From Balanoglossus misakiensis (taxonomy: Eukaryota; Animalia; Hemichordata), in the NCBI GenBank assembly GCA_040954595.2, contig CM082589.2:9126894-9190893 (forward strand): a DNA stretch of 64,000 nucleotides, given 5' to 3'. Below, piece after piece: positions 53,668-64,000 of the stretch; within the stretch, counting starts at the first letter, position 1, and each line of letters opens with the position of its first letter. Under the pieces are notes generated by a model. It searched no databases. It had not been told where the DNA came from and saw only the letters and a list, made by a program, of their open reading frames with translations. The position numbers were made by a program, and so were the translations under genes.

Positions 53668-54917
53668 CAGTCTTAATTCTTTTACATGCTTTTCAGAGTC
53701 AGCTTTTTGAGATGGTGAGATCTCTGTCGTGTGGTTTCTCTGTGTGACCTTTAGCTCTGCATACAGCCGGGAACACACAGACCTGTACGCAGAGCTATGT
53801 GACCTTCTGAGTCATATAATAATGTCACATTTAGTACTACATTATCTCTATGGAAACACAGCTAGGGGGAGGGTGGGGGGGGGGGGGGTTCTATGCTGGT
53901 TTCCCCCATCATAGACCCACCCGTGACCCCCACCACAAAAATCTGTAGTGAAACAACAGCCAAACCAGTGCACTATATCACAGTCCCTCTATTGCATACT
54001 GTGACTGTATAAGCTAAAAAATAAGACATTCACTTTTTGAAATAAACATTTCTCTGTTAATTATCTCTGAAAGCTTGATATAGGAGAACATTTCGGTTAC
54101 TTCAATGTCACCATTGTTTTCACTACTATCACGTAACAAGCAATTTAAATTACCTTCGAAAAAACAGTATGCTCTATGTTTTTTTGTTAACGCTTTGAGA
54201 TGTCTGGCTCAAATCTGTGTGAATGCAAGCTGTCATAACTATTGTACAAAGTAGTGTCTCATTTTTTTTTAAAGCAACTAGCTTGATTTTTAAAATGAAA
54301 AAAACTTCTGATAGACTAGGAATAGTAGGATTTATTCACTGCTCCAGAAGTTTTCTGAATTACAATGCACTTAACGGGACATTAGCTGTAACTTTTAGCT
54401 TTAATTGATGTACATATATTTTTGTTCTGAGTATCAATGGGAATTTCTTGTTCTACTCCAAACAGCATGCTAATATACCCATTTATACTTCACTTGTCAA
54501 CATAGCCCGTGAATGTGTAATGTTATCATTCACAGTTTTTTACTACTGTTACGTAAATATGCAACATGTCTAAAAAATATGTTTTTATAGAATATATGTA
54601 TTTATTTATAGTAAAATGTTTTTGGTGACATTTAAATATTTAGTGGATGGTATTTTATACATCAATTGTGGGTTTCAACATATTGTTGGGAGTAGCACAA
54701 GAATCTTAAGTGGCCACATAGAATTAATTTTCAACCTCCAGTAAAACCTGTCAAAACCAAACCCTGTCTAATCTGGAAACCTGTCTATACTGAACACCTT
54801 TTCAGTACCTTCGACATAGAATCACATGTTAAAAGAACCTTTACAAACTGGAAATGTCTGTAAACTGAACAATTTCTTCAGTGCCTTCAGTGTTCGGTTC
54901 AGACAGGTTTTACTGTA

Positions 54918-55380
54918 TTTAATTTCTCACACTCCTGGCCGCTGGGAGTGTGGGATAGGATATCCCCGACGAGTGTGAGAAATACGATCTCAGGTCCTTG
55001 GGAGTGTGAGATTCTATTATTCTCAAACTCTCACTGAATCGAAAGCTGTATATGACGCGAGCGCTGATTGGTTGACAAAGAGTTCTTTCTCTTCGCGCAC
55101 TAAATGTTATCCAATGGCGCGATGTGTATTACAGGCACAGAACTATAACGTGCCCCCAGACGACAGTTCCAGAGTCATTTATTCAATGTTTTAACGAATT
55201 TGGCTAATTTGTGACCGTGTGAGAAAAATAATCTCACACACCAAGGACCTGGGATCGTATTTCTCACACTCGTCGGGGATATTTTGTCCCACACGAGCCG
55301 CAGGCGAGTGTGGGACAGAAAATCCCCAACTCTTGTGACAAATACGATCCCAGGTCCCTGGGAGTGTGAGATTCTATTAA
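54918..55380. mobile_element. Hairpin-type non-autonomous element
   Basis: Repeated TCTCACAC/GTGTGAGA inverted units and a palindrome centred on CACACGAGCCGCAGGCGAGTGTG (~55290-55312). Confidence 0.6.
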
Positions 55381-56576
55381 TCCCAAATGTCATAGCAGCT
55401 GCCCCTTTAAAACAATTTCTTTAAAAAATGTGTTTCTAATAGATTTGGTCAGGTTGAAAAGTATGTCACATACTGTTTTCACTGAACACTGATGTGGTTG
55501 CAATTTTATTGACACAAATTGAATCACACTATGCATCACATTAGACTTAGGGGTAAATCATTTTATATTTAGGAGAGTGCAGTTTAGTTTCTACTCTGCC
55601 TATTCTCTGATGTTTTTTCTTTACTATTTGGCAGAGGCAAAATGCAGACTAGTTATGGAAGTGTTCCTAAGTAACCATGCATCAATTATTTCTATTAATC
55701 TAAGCACAACATGTAAAATATAAATCAACCAGGTAGACTCATGTCTCCCCCTACAGTAATGGTGACAATTCCTATCATAGTACCCAACTTACTCAAGTAA
55801 ACACACTTAATGTTAGCAAACAGTCCTATAGATATAGCCTGGTCCCCTGTCCCATTCCTGCTGCTGGTAGTGACAGCAGGGTTAGAAAGTGGGCAGAGAA
55901 CAAGAGTATCTTACAGGCCTCTTTCATGACCCCTGTGTGACCTTACATCCTGGTGATTTGTTGGTTTGACATCATTCATCATTCAATGTTGAACAGCTAT
56001 TCTTTTCTAACAGGCAATGTTCACCAGTTTTGTTCAAGGATGAGAAAAAATGCATTGATTCAATAGCATGGTTGGTAAACTCGAAATTGTATACTCACAC
56101 ACCGACAAAAAGCCAGGATGTAGAGGTCAAAAGGGGTCATAAAAGTGGCATGATATAGCACAGTTGCCAGTGGTGTAATGTTTATATGAACTGTGCAACT
56201 TCATTCATATTTCTTAGTGGCAGCAATGTTATTATAAATATAAACTGACATCTGAAATCACTTTGCGATGTCGAAATTCAGTGGGAAGAAACAAACGCCA
56301 AAAGTTACCACATTTTATACTGACACTTATTTGTTTTGTACAGTTTACCCTATGGATCCAGCTATTATAGGAATAGGTGCAATAATTGTAGCTTTGGTGG
56401 GCTGGTTGATCGCTTATGGGCTTGATCAATCATCCCATCTAGGCTACAATTATTGCAGATATCATAGGAAGGGCACATTGGGAACCCCCCCCCCTCACAC
56501 ACACACACACACACACAATTTGGGCGACAACACAATATATATATGATGCAGTCTACAAGTTGCACCCAAATATCTT

Positions 56577-57440
56577 TAGGTCCCATTTGTACATACTGGT
56601 GGTACCTTATGAGATCGGTTGCGTCTGTATGGATGTATGTCCGTTCACATCAAAAACTTGAAAACCGCTGAGCATATAACCTCGATATTAGGTGTGCAGA
56701 TGCAGGCAGGGCTGTAGATGGGAGTTTGTTCAAATGAAGTTGTTGGGAAAAACGTAAATTTGGCCAAAACTCAGAAACTCAACAACCACTGGTCATATTG
56801 ATTTGAAAATTGGTATGCATGTACCTTATATTAACCTCACACAGTTGTGTATGTTTTGAACTAATAGTTTGAATTTTCTATAATTTATGTATTTTTTTTG
56901 TCTTTTTCCACATTTTTGGTAAAAAATCTACTTTTCTGGAATTGATGATCTGACTTCTTTGAAATTTAGTATGGGGCTTCATATAGGTGATGTGAGTTAT
57001 CAAAGTTTTGTTTAAATTTGCTGCAAAATTTGCAAATTTATAATTTTGGTGCAAATTTTGCCTTTTTGATCAATTTTTTTTCTGTAAAACCACTTGTCAG
57101 ATTGCTTTGAAATTTGGTAGGCATAGAGATGTGTGTTTGTCAAATCAACTTGTAGAATTCAATAGTATATTTTTGGGGTGATTTTTGCCATTTTTGGTCA
57201 AAACTCTTTCTCAGAACCCTCTACCCCATTGCTTTGAAATTTGATTTGAAGGTTCCATGGTGAGTTGTCATGATGATTTACAAAACCTATGATGAAAGTG
57301 TCAATGTTTTGTGGGGGCAATGTCTTGTATTTTGGGGGTATATTTACCAATTTTGATAAAAAATTATATTTCTCAGAAAGTGTACACTGTATGGCTGATT
57401 TCTATAAATTTGACTTGTAAGTTAATGGGATTGGCTTCTT
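56577..57440 (+). mobile_element. HINE-like element; related copy on - strand at ~59232-59784
   Basis: Starts TTAGGTCCCATT, hairpin, then GTCTGTATGGATGTATG microsatellite. The 59.7 kb copy has the reverse-complement terminus AATGGGACCTAA and (CATA/CATC)n. Confidence 0.55.
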
Positions 57441-58581
57441 TAGAATTATTATGAAATCATATCATAGGTAATTTGGAATTTCTACTGGGCTTGCGCTTGA
57501 TATTTTATTTTTTACGCGCAGTGCACGCAAAGAGCCAATTTTTTTTCGTGAAATTGTATTTGAATTACGTGCAACAAAATAGCGATAGACAAGCAGGCTT
57601 TCAGATAAACATACTTGAATGAGTTCTACCTTCATGTCTAGATGGCCCAACACAAAAAATATCATTTAGAATGTAGCGAATAAAGTACATAAACATCATG
57701 AAAGAGACTGTGTACAGTGGTCCCCCCCCCAATACGTATTAGTACAGACAAGGTATGGAATTCTTGTGTTATATCATCAAGGAAAATGACCCAGAAGCCC
57801 TACTTGCTTTGTTATATCTAATGGCTTCTGTGTGCATAAATTATAGCCCCGACACGTGTCAAGTTTGTGGCCTAGGTTACCGCACGTACATCACTGTGCG
57901 TCCTGCTACAGCATACAAGCGCGCGTACGCGTACATGTGTACAGGGCGCCTGACCGGCCAACCTTGACAAGGCGCCCCAGATAGCCTCGCCCGCTGTTAT
58001 CTTTCAATGGATTTTTTTTGCGCGCATGTGACAAAATATTTGCCCGCACACATTGTAGTTTTGCGTTATTTAGTGTTATTTTAAATGGGTGTCACACCGA
58101 TTTAATCAGCCTCCATTCAAAGAGTACACAACAGTCGTGTTATGCATTAGCAAAAGATGATAAACTGATGCGGATACAATCAATATATCTTAATGGTGAT
58201 GATTGTAAAGCAGAAGGGTAATTGTCATTAGTATCATACATGCAGAGCCTGTATTTGCCACTTTCTATTGTTCTCACCAAATTTAGTGTAATAACCCTCT
58301 AATTTTAAAGAACACTAATTATGGAAGCCCATTAACCCTTTCACAACCAAGGTTCAGTCCAAACCCATTGTTTTCTATGAAAATGTTTGACCTGTATAGA
58401 AGGAACTTGGGGTGAAAGGGTTAAAGGGACAAAGTCGCTCTTTTTGACTTTTGACTCACTTGCTTTTATTAGAGGTTCCTACCTTTAAATGTTTCATAAA
58501 ATGTTTAATCAAATCTGTCTACAATCAGAGTAGACGTTGTTTACATATACCTTTTGTTAAATGATTGTTGTTGTATTTCAG

Positions 58582-61500
58582 ATTGTTGTCAGGAGCAGGT
58601 GAGAAATATGGTATGATTTCTGAAGGTCTGAGTACTGCATTGCAGTTATTTGACGATATGAAGAGTTTACGATATTCAAGGTAATTATGGTAAAATTCTG
58701 AGTTTCAAGATCATTCTCTACATATGGCCCTGACTTTTTTTGGTGGTTTATCTGTTTTTGTAAAGCTCACCATGTCAACCAGGAAATGATTCCATACAGA
58801 CAGTGGAGTACAACTGACATGTGAAGTACATTGAAACCTGCCTAGGAAGGACACCTCTGGGACCACAAAATGTGTCCTTAATAGAGAGGTGTCCTTAAAG
58901 GGACAAATTCTCTCTCTCGCTGCCCCTTTTCCATGAATTAGGTTTGTTACAGGGCACCATTTCTGTTATTCTACATGTGGATATATAGTGAATCAATGTT
59001 TCACCACACACAACTTCAACCCTGCTTGTAGCCACCAGAGTGATAAAAAACACACGCCAATAATCGGTCTCTATCATTTATTCATTTTATGCGAGTTTTT
59101 ATGCTCATATCATTCAAGTGGGATGGAAATTGTGTATGGTTGAACGTTCATTAACTACATATACACATGTACATTAATATAAAATGTCTCTTGTATCAAA
59201 CATAATGGAAAAAATCGCGTCAAGGACACAGTGGTCCCATTGAGGGAATACACAAGAAAAAGTCTACACCGGAGTACATGGCGATATACTGACAGACACA
59301 CACACACACACACACACACACTTAGCAAGAGATCAATGGGCAAACACTGACTGACCGGTGACCCATGAGCTGCCAATGGCATATGTACTATACATACACT
59401 AAATAGAACAGCTGGCCTCTTTAAAACTTAGCCAGTTATGTAATCATTCAGGAATTTCCTGTGTATATAAACAACTCAATAAGTAAATACACACCACTTC
59501 GCAAAGCAATCTGACCAGTAGTTCTTGAGTTACTGAGTTTTGACTAAATTCACATTTTTCCAGCTAATTTGCATATTTTTGGCAACGACAACTTCATTTG
59601 AACAAACTCCCATTTACAGCCCAGCCTGCATCTGCACACCAAATATCAAGGTGATACACAAAGTGGTTTTCAAGTTTTTGATGTGGACGGACATACATCC
59701 ATACATCCATCCATACATACATACATACAGACGCAACCAATCCCATAAGGTCCCATGGTATATAGGCCTATACCAATGGGACCTAAAAAGGGCAGCGAGA
59801 GAGAGAATTTGTCCCTTTAACAGAAATGTGCATGTAATATTCTATTCAAACCATTACTCTTGTCTTGAACAATCTTTCCTTAATAGAGAGGTGTCCTGAT
59901 TAGAGAGATGTCTGTATTAATTGACAGGTTTCACTGTATTATCAACATTTTCAGTTTCATAATCCTTCTGGATGTCTTTGTCAGAAAATTTTGACAGCAG
60001 CCAAAACTTTCTCTGCCATACTTACAATAAGAGAAAGCTTGCACCTGTGTGTAAAACGGGTTATTTTCGCAAGCAATTAATTTTTGCGAAATAGGCGAGA
60101 GCCAACAAAATGTGAAAATAAAAAGTTGCGTAAAATGTTTTTCGGAGATAAAGATGCAATGAAATACAAGAACATGAAAATTAATCCTCGCATAACAGTT
60201 GCCTCTTTTAATATCGCGAAAATTTCCTGTCACGAAAATAATCCGTTTTACAGTAATATTGAAGGTCAGAATGCTTTTGATGAGAGAACAATACACCAGT
60301 TGCAAAGTATCTTGACTAACATAAAAATGATGGTATTTTCTGAAGAAGATATATTCTCGCAGTTGGTGTTTTGTTTCCTCATCAAAAGCATTCTGACCTT
60401 CAATATTATTCTGTTGAGCTATACATGCAATCTAGTCTGATCAGAGATGATTATATCATCGACAATAGATCCTGGATACTAAAAGAGCATAAAATGACTG
60501 CGACAGATACCTTGTTAGTTGTAACAGGTGTGAAATAAGAATTTGGATAACGCTGACAATATTTTGGCTATTTTTTGGGGGGGGGGGGGGGGGTGGAGCA
60601 ATAAGTGATTTTGAAACCCCATGTAACACCTGTCTTACCATTAATATGACTGCATTTATGGTACCATAAGGAATGTTGACAAAATGACTGGGGAACCCTG
60701 GTTACATTACCCTGATCACCACAATGGTTCAGTCCAACTGCATTGTTTTCTATGTTAAGGTTGGAGCTCTGAAGAGGAAGTTGGGGTGGAAGGGTTAAAA
60801 AAAACACTGACTGACAATACTGCCAATAACAAAATATTGTTTTATCTTCTCTTTGTATACAGCGCACCAATATAGAAACATTGTATATTGATCTGAACTC
60901 TCCTCCATATCCTTTGCCAAGTCAAGGTAGTATTAATTACAGTGGATTTACTGCAGAATAATTGGCTGCCATGTTGGGTGAGGTAAGTAAGCGATGTAAA
61001 ACATTTCATACAACACTGCATACTAACAATAGTCATATCAACCTGACAAGGGAAGATGAAAAAAAACACTAAGCCCCTTTGAACAGCTGTATTTTCTTGG
61101 AATCTGGTTTTATAATAAACTTTGATTGATTGAAATGTGTTTTACATCTAAATGCATTGTTTTGGGAACATTTTCTAGTATGTATGTGATTATTAAATTG
61201 AACTTGTATATTTGCTGGGGCAACTAAATTTTCAGTAAAGATGAGGAATGCCCAATGTTCGGATTGTCTTCAAAAAGATGACAACAACTCAAGTCTCAAA
61301 AACTCTTTTGTTTTAAAGTTTGAATTGTAGTTGTCGCATCATTAACGACTTCACATGTGAATGCCAAATTTCGATTCTTAGCAAATGTTGTATTTTCACA
61401 GAGAGGAGTCCATTTCTCAATCATATCACCCCGCAAACTGCCTGAACTCCAAAAACTTAACTTCAAAGCATATGGTGAAGTACAGATGGTACCAATGAAG

Positions 61501-63490
61501 GATTATGCGGCTGATCCACACCACATGATACTTCTCAAAGGTTATCAACTTGCTGGTAGGTATCTGTTGCTACGCAAATATTTGCAATCATACCATGATC
61601 TAGATTCTAAAGTTCACTGGTCAAATATATAACTTGTTTACATGGTCATTTACAACCAATTCATCATTTTGTGGTTTGTTAAGATTTTCATTACTCTAAA
61701 TTGGTACTTCAATAAAATGGTTGTAATATATTTATTAATATTTATTACACATCACGTATTATTATGCGCTCCTGGTTGGCTAATACTAAATATGACAGAA
61801 ATTCATGACCTGTGCACACGATCTGAGGCTTATGGAAGTTATTGTCGCGAGTGATGCAGTGTATTCTGTTGCAGTACTTTCACAAGCCAGCCTATTATTC
61901 CCCATCATTTCAATGCCTGGCCAATTAATTACACATCCTCCTGAAAATTGTTCGAAGGTGGGCAATCAATTTCCATGGTTACATCCTGGATGAAACACTG
62001 GTACAGGTTCAAGACAAGTTTAGTGACATTGTGTGAATCCGCAGCAGAATTTCACATAAACTGTATAATCCTCCATTTTTGTAATGATTGTGTTTCAGAA
62101 AAATCTGTGTCAAGTGGTGATACAAAAGAGGTTGCCATAGTGAAACCTACAACCATATTAACCACTTCAGTGTCTACAACCACTACCACAACACAGCCAC
62201 TGAAACCTGCAAACAGTTACCATGGTTACAGGGCCTAGCTCTGGTATGACCTCAAATCCTCTCAAATCAACTGTTGGAAGTTCATCTCCAGGTAAAGTCT
62301 CCAGTGTTGCTTCCCAGCCATTGTCAAATTAAGTCCACACACAATTAGACCACCAAGTGTAGTGTGAGATATAGTAGAATTATTAAGAGTATTGCCGTGT
62401 TGATCTTCAGTACAATATGAGTTAAAGTTATATAGCACTTTGTGATCAGAAACTGACTCAACCAAGTCAACCCCAGATGCAGGGCCAAGGTAGAGGATAT
62501 TGGTGCAGTTAGTGAAATATGAGAATGCAAAATTTAAGTGTAGCGTAACAGCTGTCTCCTTTGATATGCGAACATTTCCTGTCACAGAAATTTCCCGTTT
62601 TACAGTATATAAATAAATCAACTAGATATTTTTACTGCAGGTGCCACACCAAGTCATCTGTCACCTGGACAACCAAGTCAAATTGGAAGTCCGTCTCCAC
62701 AACATCTGTCATCCTCTCAACAGAAACTGAGTCAGTCCCAGATGCAGGGCCAAGGTCAAAGGTCATCAATGCCTTTTGCCCAGCCTACCAGTTTACCAAA
62801 CCAACCAGTATCCACTGTCACAGCAAACAGGACACAACAACCCAATGTGACTGTTTCAAGTATCCCCATGAGACAATTTTGTCCATCCAGGTACAGTTGT
62901 GGTCTACCTTCTACTTTATGAGATTCAAATTAGCTGTTTCTAGTTACCCATCCTGTGAATTGAAAGCTTTTTATGACTGTTTCACATAGCCTTGTGTTAC
63001 CATTTTCTATACAGTAAACTATTGTTTCAAAACACATTCAAAACGTCTGTTTTGGTTGCTAGAAACCCACTCTGTGAATGCAAAGACTCTTTTGGATAAT
63101 GCCAGAGACTCAGTGATCAATTTCAATTTTTAATGAGATTTAATGTTGATAAGCTCTAATGTGGGTATGTGTGTTGAAAATAGGACTTTGAGAGTTGCAA
63201 GCTCAACATCGAATCAAAAATTGAAGTCATGAATTTAAAACGGGGTTTTGAATACTGGCCTTGATAATGCTTCATATTAACTAGGTTTGTTACTCTTTTT
63301 GGACAGGCAACTTCACCACCAAAGATGACTTCCCAGCATGCACCAGCTGCTGCACTGAAAGCCACAGAGGGTGTCATGCAAATGGTAAATGCTAGTCAGT
63401 TCAGTAAGATGCCACCAATTGCTGCTGTGAATTCTATCAACTCACAGCCACAGCAGAGATGGCCAGGTACAGATTCACAGCCACAAAGAG
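58582..63490 (+). pseudogene. MED25: Mediator subunit 25 (MED25)-like unprocessed pseudogene, partial
   Basis: Exon 58582-58680 GAGEKYGMISEGLSTALQLFDD; exon 60863-60982 I*KHCILI/NSPPYPLP...FTAE*LAAMLGE; exon 61402-61555 RGVHFSIISPRKLP...DPHHMILLKG. These match MED25 vWA-domain motifs (EGLSTALQLFDD, CNSPPY, FSIVSPRKLP, DPRHMVL). Low-complexity S/T/P/Q exons follow at 62099-62291, 62641-62890, 63307-63490. Confidence 0.85.
58899..59816. mobile_element. TTAA-targeting (Kolobok/T2-type) MITE, complete copy; partial copies ending 16591 and 31893, starting 45640, and ~63700-64000
   Basis: TTAA|AGGGACAAATTCTCTCTCTCGCTGCCC ... GGGCAGCGAGAGAGAGAATTTGTCCCT|TTAA, a 27-bp TIR. Confidence 0.88.
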
Positions 63491-64000
63491 GTAGGTACAG
63501 TCAAACCTGTCTATACTGGCCAGTCAAGGGACTTCCAAAACTGACATTTATAGACAGGTGGCTTCTATAGACAGGTCAATAAATGTGCAATGTACATGTA
63601 CATGAAATGAAACAAAGTTGCCACTACATAGAGGTTGCAACAAACACATAGTTGACTGTCATATATGTTATGTTGCCATGGCAGTCATTTACCATGAGTT
63701 CGATTATACATTGCCAAAACCGGAGGAAACAAATATTCAAGTTCCCCTTTTCATATTCTCCATCAATGGTATAATACGCCAGTGTCATGACCACACACAA
63801 CTTCCACCCTGCTTGTAGCCACGAGAGTGAAAAAAAACCTCACCAATATGAACAATCGGTCTCTATCATTTATTCATTTTGGGCGAGTTCTTATGCTCAT
63901 ATCATTAAAGCGGGATGGAAATTGTGTATGGTTGAACATTCATTCACTACATATACATATGTACATTAATATAAAATGTCTCTTGTATCAAACATAATGG

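Noticed and set aside
56014-56070. Possible upstream MED25 exon
   Set aside because: It has an acceptor-like site, but no frame resembles the MED25 N-terminal vWA sequence.

Overview
AT-rich, intron-containing animal DNA; the repeat and gene content suggests a marine invertebrate, possibly a deuterostome (inference). Left to right: (1) ~0.2-14.4 kb, a head-to-tail array of ~1.4-1.6 kb Helentron-type non-autonomous elements with stacked hairpins at some junctions; (2) a 5'-truncated LINE; (3) a + strand DAPK-like Roco gene (ankyrin-ROC-COR-death, 15368-30471) with no kinase domain visible in the window. Its ankyrin region is 16 symmetric one-repeat exons in homogenised exon+intron units, with amino-acid variation concentrated on the ankyrin binding face, and its last exon has a frameshift; (4) a Gypsy RNase H relic; (5) a 10-exon Kolobok-family DDE transposase (- strand); (6) a decayed, spliced transposase with RAG1/Transib-like motif order and a SAP domain (- strand); (7) a disabled, unprocessed MED25 copy; plus many MITEs. 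The best candidate for an undescribed system is the exon-cassette ankyrin Roco receptor. All calls were made by eye, with no database search.
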